Shown: positions 27,889 to 37,891 of the stretch, piece by piece
Layout of the letters: every line of letters begins with the position of its first letter
Numbering within the stretch: the stretch's first letter is position 1
Assembly (NCBI GenBank): GCA_964495465.1
Contig: CAZBWE010000001.1
Location: 2,572-66,571, forward strand
DNA length: 64,000 nt
From: an uncultured Pirellulales bacterium
GTDB lineage: Bacteria; Planctomycetota; Phycisphaerae; Sedimentisphaerales; Anaerobacaceae
Reading direction: 5' to 3'
The notes under the pieces: model-generated
Seen by the model: only the letters and a program-made list of their open reading frames with translations
Databases searched by the model: none
What the model was told of the DNA's origin: nothing
Translations under genes and position numbers: made by a program

Positions 27889-29844
27889 TTATTTACGTGC
27901 GGTTTCTCTATCTTCTGCGAACATACCCAAGACAGAACCAGCCAAAATTAACAACAACGAGAACCATAACCAAAACATCAAAGGTTTTACCTTCGCAGTG
28001 ATTGTCACGTTGCCGTCACCGCCAATGCGGTCGAACGAGACATAAACATCTTCGAACAGCCCCATATGAACATCCACCTTCACGGCACTTCGGCCGTTTG
28101 GATATAAACAGCGATGCGGCCACAGAGTTCTCTGGAGACTATCTTTCGTTACGGCAATCTCAGGGCCTTCCTTAATTACATTACCAAACGACTGTTGCTT
28201 AAAAGAGTCATATGAAAGCGCATATCTGCCGAGAGCAACTTTTCCTCCTTCTGACAATACCGTCTGGATGCTTTGCTTGTCGGAGGTAAAACCGACAATA
28301 ACTACCAAAAGCATCAAGCCCAAATGAGCAATTCCACCAGCGACTTGGCTGGTCTGTTTCAGGTTAAGCACAAACTTTATTAAAATAGCAACAAAACTAA
28401 ACGCACATATACCACAAGCCAGGTCAACCACCAAACGATGCTGACTGAACCTGAACATCAGTCCGAAACAGACAAGTCCCACGGCACAGCAGGCCAACAG
28501 GTACAGCATAAAGGTGTGGTATTTCTGCAAATCAGTTAGTGAAACAAGTCCAAGCAGAAAAATCAAAACAATCCCCGCCAAAGCAGCCAAGTGGTTATAA
28601 AATGTCTGCGGCAGTATAAACGGCTTATCAAACTTAGTAATAAACTGCCAAATAACCGGCCAAAATGTAGCTATTCCAATAGCCACGGCGGTGAAAATAA
28701 ATACGACATTGGCCCAAAACAAAACTTCACTTTTATCTACATGGAATATACCGACATTCAAGGGACTAATAGAAACGCTCCTGACGGCGTGTATAATACA
28801 AAACAACCAAAGCAGGAAACAACACCCGATAAAAGCCGACAACACCGAAGGTTCAAAGGTCTTATCAAAAGAATGCACAGATACCAAAATTCCGCTTCTG
28901 ACGACAAAAGAGGCAAACAAGCATATAATAAACGGAAGAGGAGCAAGCGTGATAGTCCAAAACCTGAACCTGTCAGCGACCTGCATACCAATAACACTAT
29001 GTAAAGCAGCAACGGCCACAAGGAAAGGTAAGAGCGAAATATTCTGGACGGGGTCCCACGCCCAAAAGCCGCCCCACCCGATTTGAATATATGACCACCT
29101 CATACCAATCACGATACCCAAACTCAAAAAACAAATGCCAAACAACAACCATCTGCGCAGCTGCCTGTAAACGCTGGAATCCTGAGTTATATCAGCAAAA
29201 ACACAAGATAAAACGATAACAAAGGGAATCATAAAAGCCGCATAACTAATAAGCGTCAATGGCGGATGGAGAAACATCCAGAAATTTCTCAATATCGGGT
29301 CAAGACCGTGCCCTTCACTAACAGGCATAGGGTTTGAGGTAAACGGCCTTGCCATAAAAATCAAAATTGCGATAAATCCCAGGCAAAGCCCCGAGCCGAT
29401 AGCCAAAGCGATAGCGTTAAACTTCAAATCGCCTATTGCGTATTGCGTATCACTAATGGTCAACCGCCTACGGCGGTCTTCGATTCTCGGCTTACCATTT
29501 GTTGATTGCCATAAAGCAAAGAGGACAGATACAAAGACAAACCATAGTAAAAGCGAGCCGGAAGAGTCGGCCCAAAGAGCACCTAGCTTGTAGATAAAAG
29601 GCAGGTCTGTGGAACTGTGCCGGCTTACAGCAGCTATTGAAAAATTATCCGTCAGAAAGGCAAGAACAAGCACAATCAATGTGAGGACAGAAAGCCCTAC
29701 ACCGATATACATCACACGCCTGGCCAAGGAAAGGCCCTTCATAGCCGCAGCAGCATCTTTCTTCAAAACCGTCAGAGCTAAAACAGCCGCAAAGCCATAA
29801 AACACAAATACTACGGCTAAAAGAACCTGGCCTAAAGCACTCAT
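27889..29844 (-). CDS. ccmF: Cytochrome c-type biogenesis heme lyase, CcmF family
   Basis: About 650 aa and polytopic. The WWD-type motif is WGGFWAWDPVQNISLLPFLVAVAALHS. The C-terminal region DVYVSFDRIG...VKPLMFWLWFS is typical of CcmF. The ATG at 29844 (MSALGQ) is preferred over the TTG at 29856. Confidence 0.75.
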   Translation of the reverse strand: MSALGQVLLAVVFVFYGFAAVLALTVLKKDAAAAMKGLSLARRVMYIGVGLSVLTLIVLVLAFLTDNFSIAAVSRHSSTDLPFIYKLGALWADSSGSLLLWFVFVSVLFALWQSTNGKPRIEDRRRRLTISDTQYAIGDLKFNAIALAIGSGLCLGFIAILIFMARPFTSNPMPVSEGHGLDPILRNFWMFLHPPLTLISYAAFMIPFVIVLSCVFADITQDSSVYRQLRRWLLFGICFLSLGIVIGMRWSYIQIGWGGFWAWDPVQNISLLPFLVAVAALHSVIGMQVADRFRFWTITLAPLPFIICLFASFVVRSGILVSVHSFDKTFEPSVLSAFIGCCFLLWLFCIIHAVRSVSISPLNVGIFHVDKSEVLFWANVVFIFTAVAIGIATFWPVIWQFITKFDKPFILPQTFYNHLAALAGIVLIFLLGLVSLTDLQKYHTFMLYLLACCAVGLVCFGLMFRFSQHRLVVDLACGICAFSFVAILIKFVLNLKQTSQVAGGIAHLGLMLLVVIVGFTSDKQSIQTVLSEGGKVALGRYALSYDSFKQQSFGNVIKEGPEIAVTKDSLQRTLWPHRCLYPNGRSAVKVDVHMGLFEDVYVSFDRIGGDGNVTITAKVKPLMFWLWFSLLLILAGSVLGMFAEDRETARK

Positions 29845-30109
29845 CCCTGTAAACAATGTAAACTCTCTAATAATTTACAGTCGAACCACTAAATTATCCT
29901 TCGGAACAATTGTATAGTTAATTTTAGAAAAATAATAGAAAAAAATAAATGATTAGGCCCACATTCATCACGGCTGAAAATCTCACATTAAGGATATTCT
30001 TCGATAAAGCCACCGAATGGAACGGGAAAACTTACACATGCTAACAGCCGACAGGCCACAGAAGCGGACCTGGACAAATAAGATTTTCCGGCTGATTAAA
30101 TTTACACAT

Positions 30110-31510
30110 CTACAAAGCCCGGAGAAACTCAACGAGCTCGGATTTTTCCTGCTCGGTCAATTTGGTTCCGAGTATCAAATTGAAAAACTCAACGGTATCT
30201 TCCAGTGTAAGCAGCCGGCCATCGTGCAGATACGGGGGTGAGTCTTTTATTCCCCTCAATGGGAAATTTTTAATCGGGCCATCGGCGGCGGCATATCTTC
30301 CATTTATCATCTGGGGCTTATAGAAGCGTTCGGTTTTCAGGTTGTGCATCAGGTTGTCCGTGTAGTACGGAGCAGTATGGCATACGCTGCATTTGCCTTT
30401 TCCGAAAAATACATTCTGGCCGCGGAGTTCGGCATCAGCGGCTTTATCGGAGTCAAGCCGGCCATAGATATCCAGTTTCGGAGCGGGCGGGAAATCCAGA
30501 AGGGCCTGGAATTCGGCCATAAAGTGCACCTGGCTGCCCCGTTCGAGAACATTAACGCCTTTTTTGGTAGCGATAACGGGGTCGCCATCGAAATAAGCTG
30601 CACGCTGCTCAAACTCGGTGAAATCTTCCACGGATTTAAGAGCGCGTTGCGAGCCAAAGAGCCGCTGAATGTTCACGCCCCTCAGCGGCGGGGTATCGAG
30701 GCGGTGGCGAAACTTCTGCGGACGGATATCACCTACCAGATGCGTCGGAGCGGCAGTATGTCCATTCGAATGGCAGTCGAAACAGGTCACGCCCCTATGG
30801 GGTTTTTCGCTGCGGCGGTCTTCGGTCTGGTTGAACTGCTGCTGAGGAAAAGGAGTTACCAGTAAACGAAGACCTTCAAGCTGCTTTGGATTAAGTATCC
30901 CGTTAAAAAGGTCATAGTAATTGTCAATGGTTACAACTTTCCCCTGCGAAACATCACCAAGGTCTGGTCTGGTAGTTAAATAAATAGCTGCTGGGAATTC
31001 CGGAAGAAAACGCTCCGGCAGGTCGAAATCAAGGTCGAAACGAGTCAGGTCTCTGCCTTCCTGCTTTTTTATTTCGTCAATCACCATTTGCGGAAAGACC
31101 ATTCCCCCTTCATCATGATTTGGGTGAGGCAGCGGCAAGAAACCCTTTGGGAAGAGCCCTTTTTCACGAATTTCATCGGGAGTCATTTCCGCCAATTGCT
31201 GCCAGGTTACTCCCTCCGGCAGCTTTACGCGAACACCCTGTTGAATCGGCTTTCCGCGAGACATAGTGACACCTAAAGCAGGATTGTTCAAGAGGTCGTA
31301 TCTTTCCTGCAGCAAATCCATCTGGCGTTTCATAACATCCGGCTTAGCGGCCTTCATCCGGGCCATAATGCTATCGAAGTCTTCGGTGATAACGACAGGT
31401 GCGTAACTTGACGGTTTTGCGCCGGCTGAAAGGACACAAATAAAGACGGCAGCGACAATCAGTACAATTAGAGACGTTTTTAGGAGTGCGGGATTCTTTT
31501 TCGGTTTCAT
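30110..31510 (-). CDS. Secreted di-heme cytochrome c peroxidase/MauG-family protein
   Basis: 466 aa with a signal peptide. Two CXXCH motifs are present (CFDCHSNGH and CSVCHTAPYY), and the C-terminus contains PPYLHDGRLLTLEDTVEFF. Confidence 0.75.
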   Translation of the reverse strand: MKPKKNPALLKTSLIVLIVAAVFICVLSAGAKPSSYAPVVITEDFDSIMARMKAAKPDVMKRQMDLLQERYDLLNNPALGVTMSRGKPIQQGVRVKLPEGVTWQQLAEMTPDEIREKGLFPKGFLPLPHPNHDEGGMVFPQMVIDEIKKQEGRDLTRFDLDFDLPERFLPEFPAAIYLTTRPDLGDVSQGKVVTIDNYYDLFNGILNPKQLEGLRLLVTPFPQQQFNQTEDRRSEKPHRGVTCFDCHSNGHTAAPTHLVGDIRPQKFRHRLDTPPLRGVNIQRLFGSQRALKSVEDFTEFEQRAAYFDGDPVIATKKGVNVLERGSQVHFMAEFQALLDFPPAPKLDIYGRLDSDKAADAELRGQNVFFGKGKCSVCHTAPYYTDNLMHNLKTERFYKPQMINGRYAAADGPIKNFPLRGIKDSPPYLHDGRLLTLEDTVEFFNLILGTKLTEQEKSELVEFLRAL

Positions 31511-31870
31511 TTTGGGCCCCCTTTCGCTACTCGCAATCCATTACAGTTAATAACGAATTATCAAAGAAAAATTACCACCCCTTTCAAAGCCTGTCAAGCA
31601 CACTTATGTGTGGTTAATAATATTTTTTATGAAACCGAATATTCGGCTATTTCTGATAAAAAAAGGCATTTTCAAAGACATTTGTGAGGGAAAATATTTA
31701 TGCCTAAAGAGGCAGGCCAGAAGGAAAACGAGTAAATCCGCCAAGGCATCCGGGGGAATAAACAATAAAACTTTGAAAGTTCTGATTTTTTAGCGCACAT
31801 TATAAAGGTGAAACGACACTTATATACGGAAGCTGATATCAGCCAATAGTAACAAATTGAAAAGCACAAG

Positions 31871-32419
31871 ATGAAGCTGAACACAGAAGAACAGTTAGTA
31901 GAAGCAGCTCAAAACGGTCACTTGGAAAGCTTTGGTATCCTGTACGAGCGATATCACAGTTCGATGACGGCACTGGCGTATTCAGTGCTCGCGAATAGAG
32001 AGCTTGCGAATGATGCAGCCCAGGAGGTATTTGCGATTGCCTGTCGCAAACTACCGAGTTTGAAACATAACGATAAGTTCGGTGCGTGGCTGGCGGCTAT
32101 ATGCAGAAACGTGGCAAGAGGAATGCTGCGAGCAAAAACCAGAACCATAGCACCAGATATACGACTATCTTCTATCGAAGAAACGGACACTAAAGAGCAA
32201 CGACGAGATGCAGTTCGGCAGGCAGTATGGCAGTTGCGCTCTGCAGAGCGAGAATTAATAGTTATGCGATATTATGATGGATTTTCTCAGGCACAGATAA
32301 GCAAGGTGCTGGATATTTCAGCATCGGCTGTAAATGGCCGGCTCGTACGGGCCAAACGAAAGATTGCAAAGTATCTGAAACGCAACGGTTTCACAGGAGA
32401 AGATTATGGAACGGTTTGA
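31871..32419 (+). CDS. ECF-family sigma factor
   Basis: 182 aa. Region 2 (ANDAAQEVFAIACRK, WLAAICRNVARGMLR) and region 4 (VMRYYDGFSQAQISKVLDISASAVNGRLVRAK). Confidence 0.85.
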   Translation: MKLNTEEQLVEAAQNGHLESFGILYERYHSSMTALAYSVLANRELANDAAQEVFAIACRKLPSLKHNDKFGAWLAAICRNVARGMLRAKTRTIAPDIRLSSIEETDTKEQRRDAVRQAVWQLRSAERELIVMRYYDGFSQAQISKVLDISASAVNGRLVRAKRKIAKYLKRNGFTGEDYGTV

Positions 32420-33668
32420 AGATAAAAACTGGCTTGATGAGGCACTAACAGAAGCAATAGCAATTGGTGCCGAAGATACGAAGCCGGACTTCGAAAAGTG
32501 GAAAGAGCAACACCTAAAAGCCGTTGAAATGCTAACCTCGCGGGCAGGTAGAGGAAAAAGAATTTCTGCAGGTCCGCTTAATACAGGGAGAATTATTATG
32601 AAAAGTCCAATCACAAAATTAGCCGCTGCGGCGGTGATAATAATAGCCGTAGTGCTATCAATAAATATTTGGGATAAGTCAATACCTGCAGCTTACGCAA
32701 TTGAGCAAACGATTCAAGCCAACCACACCGTTTACTACCTTCACATACAAGATTTTAGCTCAGAACACAAAGATGAGCCTAAGGAATTTTGGGTAGAGTG
32801 CGATAAATTCGGACAGGTCGAGAATGCGCGTATACACTTTCCGGAATGGGCTTCACCCGATGATGGTGCTAAAGTGATTGTATGGAAACAAAATAAAGTA
32901 CAAGTATGGTTTAAGAGAAAAAATACTGTCTTCATTGCGCAGGACAAAACTACCGCTGACCGCATGCTCAAATTGATTGAAGAATGTGACCCAAGGAGGG
33001 CGGTTGAACGTTTATATAAGCAACAGGCACAGGGTGAAGTAAAGATAGAGATTGAAGAACCTTCCGACAAGGCCAAGCCAATTATCGTAACAGCAACCTA
33101 TCTGCCTGAAAGTTCATCGCCTAACAAACGTGTAGTTATGCTCGTCGACCAAGCTACCAAACTTGTTATGGCAGCAGAGTTTTATCAGCTAAAAGATGGT
33201 GAGTATCAATATATTGGTGTTCAGGAGTATTATGACTACAATCAGCCAATCGAAGCTAAAATGTTTACTCTTGATGGTGAAGTGCCTGACGATGTGATGC
33301 GCATCGACCAGACAATTCAGGAAGTTGGCTTAGAACAGGGAGACCTTAGTAACGAAGAAATTGCCATTGAAGTTGCCCGGCAGTTCTTTGAAGCTTTGAT
33401 AGCAGAAGATTATGCGAAAGCAGGCAGATTAATGGAAGGGATACCTGCCGATACACTTCAGCGGAACCTCGGCAGCATAAAGTTTCTCCGCATTATTTCA
33501 ATTGGACCTGCTGGTCCGCATCCAAATCCCAAGACTCGTGGACTGGTTGTGCCCTGTATCGTTGAGGTAGAGAAGGATGGACAAATAAGCGAGTGGAAAC
33601 TAGATCGTCTCGGGATTCGGCAGGTATTTAATCAGCCAGGACGCTGGACGATTTTCGGAGGATTTTAA
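32406..33668 (+). CDS. Single-pass membrane protein with a large periplasmic domain, probable cognate anti-sigma/sensor
   Basis: 420 aa. It overlaps the sigma gene by 14 nt. The TM segment is ITKLAAAAVIIIAVVLSI. I recognise no domain in the extracytoplasmic part. Confidence 0.45.
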   Translation: MERFEDKNWLDEALTEAIAIGAEDTKPDFEKWKEQHLKAVEMLTSRAGRGKRISAGPLNTGRIIMKSPITKLAAAAVIIIAVVLSINIWDKSIPAAYAIEQTIQANHTVYYLHIQDFSSEHKDEPKEFWVECDKFGQVENARIHFPEWASPDDGAKVIVWKQNKVQVWFKRKNTVFIAQDKTTADRMLKLIEECDPRRAVERLYKQQAQGEVKIEIEEPSDKAKPIIVTATYLPESSSPNKRVVMLVDQATKLVMAAEFYQLKDGEYQYIGVQEYYDYNQPIEAKMFTLDGEVPDDVMRIDQTIQEVGLEQGDLSNEEIAIEVARQFFEALIAEDYAKAGRLMEGIPADTLQRNLGSIKFLRIISIGPAGPHPNPKTRGLVVPCIVEVEKDGQISEWKLDRLGIRQVFNQPGRWTIFGGF

Positions 33669-33709
33669 TAAAGCTGCCTGACAGCCTTGTCAAAATAATG
33701 TTACCAAAA

Positions 33710-33738
33710 GGCCGGGCTTGATCAGCTCGGCCTTTTTT
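33710..33738 (+). terminator. Intrinsic terminator
   Basis: GGCCGGGCT (33710..33718) pairs with AGCTCGGCC (33724..33732) in a 9-bp stem including one G-T. A TTTTTT run follows. Confidence 0.8.
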
Positions 33739-33853
33739 ATGCGCTTTTGGGAAAAATTACCATAAAAACTACAATTTTCTTATACTAAAATAACCAGATA
33801 AGTTGTTATATAAATGACAACCGATTGTCAGAAGCTATGAAAGTAAGATTTCG

Positions 33854-34399
33854 ATGCTCGAAGATAAGTTACTTATATGGAAGTTTAATCGCGGCGATAG
33901 AGAAGCCCTGCGAGACATCTATGAAAGATACAAAGATGAACTGGTTACATTAGCGGCTGCACTTTTAACCGACGTAAGCTCCGCAGAGGATGTTGTTCAT
34001 GATGTTTTTGTATCCTTTATCAAAACAGCTGAAAAGTTTCGACTTACCGGAAGTTTGAAAAGTTATTTAGCAACCTGCGTAGCAAATCGTGCACGCAACA
34101 AAAACAAGGCAAGGCAAAAACGCTTAAGTTATGGGCTGGATGAAGAAAATATGGCATCGTCAAATTTAAACAATCCGGATGCTGCTGTGATATTTAGTGA
34201 AGAATTGCATCAATTAAGTTTGGCCTTTGCACAACTGCCGTATGAGCAGCGGGAGGTCTTACTCATGCACTCGTATAGCAGCTTGAAATTCAGAACTATC
34301 GCAAGGTCGCTGGGTGTTTCAATTAACACAGCGCAGGGCAGGTACCGGTACGCGTTACATAAACTGCGGTCAATGTTAAATGGTGAGGTGAAAAAATGA
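33854..34399 (+). CDS. ECF-family sigma factor
   Basis: 181 aa. Region 2 (AEDVVHDVFVSFIK, YLATCVANRARNK) and region 4 (LLMHSYSSLKFRTIARSLGVSINTAQGRYRYA). Confidence 0.85.
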   Translation: MLEDKLLIWKFNRGDREALRDIYERYKDELVTLAAALLTDVSSAEDVVHDVFVSFIKTAEKFRLTGSLKSYLATCVANRARNKNKARQKRLSYGLDEENMASSNLNNPDAAVIFSEELHQLSLAFAQLPYEQREVLLMHSYSSLKFRTIARSLGVSINTAQGRYRYALHKLRSMLNGEVKK

Positions 34400-34848
34400 A
34401 ACAAGGAAATGACATCCATAAGCTGATTAAGAAATTACACGTAAAAGCCAGCACCGAGCTGGACAGGAGAATTCATGATGATATTTCGATGGCGCTGGCC
34501 AAGTCTCAAGAGACAGAACCGGCTATTACTGGGCCGACTATATGGAGATTCATTACGAAAGGCGGATTAGCAAAACTTGCCGTCGCGGCAGCTATCATCA
34601 TCGCCTTCGGCATCGGCTTCTCCACCGGTCGATGGTCAAAACCAGCTCGGCTGGCGCCCCACCCGCTCGATGTTACCGCCTATACCTCGACAGCCCCTGC
34701 GTATCCGACCGCCCCAAAGGCAGAAGACAGCTTCTGGCGACAAAAAGCCCTCGCCGCAACGCAGCCCAGACCTTATGCCTACGCCCAGTTCACCAAAACA
34801 GAACTGCTTAGCGCCTACAAGCAATACCTAAAGGAGAAAACACTATGA
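34396..34848 (+). CDS. Single-pass membrane protein, probable anti-sigma factor
   Basis: 150 aa with an ATGA overlap with the sigma gene. The TM segment is LAKLAVAAAIIIAFGIGF, and the periplasmic tail is proline-rich. Confidence 0.5.
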   Translation: MKQGNDIHKLIKKLHVKASTELDRRIHDDISMALAKSQETEPAITGPTIWRFITKGGLAKLAVAAAIIIAFGIGFSTGRWSKPARLAPHPLDVTAYTSTAPAYPTAPKAEDSFWRQKALAATQPRPYAYAQFTKTELLSAYKQYLKEKTL

Positions 34849-36347
34849 GTAATCAAAAGACAACCTGGTGCCTTATCGCCTTCTACATCGCTGTATCCTT
34901 CTTTGCCGGCTGCTACCCCAAAGACTCACTCCAATGGTCCACAGACGGCTCTACCGGCATCTACAGTAAAAACGGCGCTCTCTTTATCGTCGATGGCAAT
35001 ACCTGCTCTCTGACCCAAATCGCCCCCAAAGAAACCACAACTAATTGGCCCGCCATCTCCTCCGACGGCTCGCACTTCGCCTACGGCACGATAGTCAAAG
35101 TGGATGACTTCAACCGCGCCCTCAACCACCTGCCACCTGACCAGGTCAAAGTAATCAAAGCCAACGCCGAAATCCTTAAACAGAAAATCCTCGTCGAAGG
35201 AATCAAAGACAGCAACTTCCCCTTCATCGGAAAACCTGTTACCACAGACAACGGCCAGAAAGATTCCTTCAACGACCAGCACATCGCCTGGGTCCAGAGA
35301 TATCTCGTCGAAAACATCGACAAACAGCTTGCTGAAAAAATAGGCCCGGAATTAATCAAAAAAGTCAAAGAAAAAGACCTGAATTTCTTCCAGCTTGTTC
35401 TCGCCCCAACCGCTAATCCTAATGACAGAAAAATCCTCACAACAAGCTCACAGCAGCTATGGCGCATCCGTTTCTCACCGGACTCCCAGCTTATCGCCTA
35501 TGGCGCCGAACGTATCAACGGCAATACGTGGGATGTCGGATACGACCTGTACATTGTTCCACCAGCCGAAAATATCCCTCCAACGTTCATCGCACCGGCC
35601 ATAGCTATTGGTTACGACTTCAAACCCGATTCCCGTGCAATCGCATATCTCAAGCCCGAAAATGAATTCTTCGACACCCAGAAACCCGCCCTCGGCTCGC
35701 TTGTCGAGCGAACAATCATCGACCCCAATGGAAAATTTCTTGCCTCGCCTGCAAACCTTGACGGTAACGACTACCCCGCAATGTACGTCTGCACAGGTTC
35801 TGCTGCGGAACTCGCCGGCATCCTGTACCATCCCTGGACGCACGTCTCTTATGCCAGTGAGAACCGCATTTTCTTCGTCTCCGTAAAAATGTCCCTGCCC
35901 TCCAGCAAACTCGACGAAGAAAAAACAACCATCTTCTGCTACGACACTCTTACCGGCGCACTTAGCGAAATCGTGCATCAAATCGTACTCGACTTCTCAC
36001 AGGGGAATTTGTATCTCTTCTCGCTTTCTCACGATTCCCGGAAAATCCTCCTGCATGGAAAGAAAAACACAGTTGGCATCTATGCCCTCGGCGGTGACCT
36101 CAATCTTTCAAAAGCCCTCATCGACGATAATGAAGGGTTTGGAAAAGGAGAGAACCCGCCCCTCAACCTTGTTGCCCAGTGGAAAGGCCCCGACCAGGTT
36201 TCCTGCCTCGTCTCGGAAAAATCTCATTACCTGACTGATGACCCGAACACCCCTGCCCGTCGAAAGGAAATTGTCATCATCGACACCGATGGCAACCTGA
36301 TACAGATATTGAGCAAAGACTGGCCCGACGAACTACTTGAGTTTTGA
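34845..36347 (+). CDS. Lipoprotein with TolB/PD40-like beta-propeller repeats
   Basis: 500 aa with an ATGA overlap. Lipobox: SFFAGC. Recurrent motifs: SSDGSHFAYG, FSPDSQLIAYG, FKPDSRAIAY, SHDSRKILLHG. Confidence 0.6.
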   Translation: MSNQKTTWCLIAFYIAVSFFAGCYPKDSLQWSTDGSTGIYSKNGALFIVDGNTCSLTQIAPKETTTNWPAISSDGSHFAYGTIVKVDDFNRALNHLPPDQVKVIKANAEILKQKILVEGIKDSNFPFIGKPVTTDNGQKDSFNDQHIAWVQRYLVENIDKQLAEKIGPELIKKVKEKDLNFFQLVLAPTANPNDRKILTTSSQQLWRIRFSPDSQLIAYGAERINGNTWDVGYDLYIVPPAENIPPTFIAPAIAIGYDFKPDSRAIAYLKPENEFFDTQKPALGSLVERTIIDPNGKFLASPANLDGNDYPAMYVCTGSAAELAGILYHPWTHVSYASENRIFFVSVKMSLPSSKLDEEKTTIFCYDTLTGALSEIVHQIVLDFSQGNLYLFSLSHDSRKILLHGKKNTVGIYALGGDLNLSKALIDDNEGFGKGENPPLNLVAQWKGPDQVSCLVSEKSHYLTDDPNTPARRKEIVIIDTDGNLIQILSKDWPDELLEF

Positions 36348-36528
36348 ATACCAGCGGCAACCTGCCGTTTTCTGACACAACCTCCCGGTAAGTCAGGGGC
36401 TAAATATGCGGAAAAATAGTGGTATAAAAAACTATTGCAAGTTTTTCGTACTTAGTATATGATATCGCAATTGCGTAAAGGCGAAAGGGTATAAAAACAC
36501 TAAAATACGAAAAAAGGAGCAATAATCG

Positions 36529-37845
36529 ATGGAACCAATTGCAGAACCGGGAATCGATTTGTTCGGCGATAACCTGCCGTCTATGGAAGAAATAAATACA
36601 CTCTCAGGCTTTGTGCACTCGAGCGAGACCAACAAAATAAAGTTTGGCGAACAATTAGAGGCCAATCTATCCAAGACCTCGGGAAGCTCCCGGCTGGCAA
36701 ACGGCATCGGGCTGTTGATTCTGGGCAGAAACAGCGAAGCTGTGGAGAAGCTGGAAAAAGCCAATGACTGTAAAGAAAAATTCATATATACGGCTTTTGC
36801 ACTTCGCCGATTGGGCAAGTTCGCTGAGGCAATCGAGAACCTGCAAAAAAGCGCCGATTACGAGGCCGACACGTTAAACATATCGCTGGAAAAGGCCGCC
36901 ACATACCGCCAAGCAGGAGATTTTGATGCAGCGGCAAATGAACTTAAAAGCTGCGCAAACTTCGAAAAAATAAGTGCAGAATACCATTATCAGCTCGGGC
37001 GTCTTCAGGAGGCGCAGGGTCTTTATGAAGAGGCGATGGACAACTATAAAACGGCTTTGGAACTGGCTCCGAACCACCAAAGGGCCCTTTTCCATCTGGC
37101 CTATCGCTGTGACCTCTGCGGTGACGAAGAAGCAGCCATCGACTATTACAAACAAATTGCTGCAAATTCCCCGGTTTATGTAAGCGCACTGCTCAACTTA
37201 GCCGTGCTATACGAAGACAGGGAAGAATACGATAAGGCATCTAAATGCGTTAATATAGTGCTGGAGCATCATCCAAACCACCAAAGAGCAATCCTTTTCC
37301 AAAAAGATATTGATAGCTCGAAAACTATGGTGTATGACGAAGAAAAAGAGAAGAAGAAAACCCGCAAAAGCCAAATCCTCGAAACGCCAATCTCAGATTT
37401 TGAGCTTTCGGTGCGCAGCAGAAACTGCCTGAAAAGGATGAATATTAACACAGTAGGTGACCTTTTGAACATTACCGAGGTAGAACTATTATCATATAAA
37501 AACTTCGGCGAAACCTCGCTTTCAGAAGTCAAGGCCATCCTCGATTCAAAAGCATTACGGCTCGGTATGGCCCTGGAGGAAAAACAGCCTTCCGTGATGG
37601 AAACAGCCGAGGGTGAAGATGCAAATAATGAATATGAAGGGCTGCTGAGCAAATCAATCGACGAACTCAAACTATCTGTTCGCGCACGAAAATGTGTGCA
37701 AAAACTCAATATTCGCACTCTCGGCGATTTGACGCAGAAAACAGAAGCTGAACTTCTGGGCTGTAAAAACTTCGGGGTGACAAGTTTAAACGAAATCAAA
37801 AAAGCAACAAGCAACCTTGGGCTATCTCTGCGAAGCTTAGACTAA
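36529..37845 (+). CDS. TPR-repeat protein with two C-terminal RNA polymerase alpha-CTD-like (HhH) domains
   Basis: 438 aa. TPR-like repeats are visible (YHYQLGRLQEAQGLYEEAMDNYKTALELAPNH...). These are followed by ISDFELSVRSRNCLKRMNINTVGDLLNITEVELLSYKNFGETSLSEVKAIL and IDELKLSVRARKCVQKLNIRTLGDLTQKTEAELLGCKNFGVTSLNEIKKA. Confidence 0.75.
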   Translation: MEPIAEPGIDLFGDNLPSMEEINTLSGFVHSSETNKIKFGEQLEANLSKTSGSSRLANGIGLLILGRNSEAVEKLEKANDCKEKFIYTAFALRRLGKFAEAIENLQKSADYEADTLNISLEKAATYRQAGDFDAAANELKSCANFEKISAEYHYQLGRLQEAQGLYEEAMDNYKTALELAPNHQRALFHLAYRCDLCGDEEAAIDYYKQIAANSPVYVSALLNLAVLYEDREEYDKASKCVNIVLEHHPNHQRAILFQKDIDSSKTMVYDEEKEKKKTRKSQILETPISDFELSVRSRNCLKRMNINTVGDLLNITEVELLSYKNFGETSLSEVKAILDSKALRLGMALEEKQPSVMETAEGEDANNEYEGLLSKSIDELKLSVRARKCVQKLNIRTLGDLTQKTEAELLGCKNFGVTSLNEIKKATSNLGLSLRSLD

Positions 37846-37891
37846 CCAATTAATAACTGATTAAAGATTAATTTCAATCGATTTATTTTTA

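Noticed and set aside
34542-35981. Cluster of overlapping 60-170-aa ORFs on both strands
   Set aside because: All lie within the better-supported 34396..34848 and 34845..36347 genes. They are explained by the locally stop-poor, C-rich composition.
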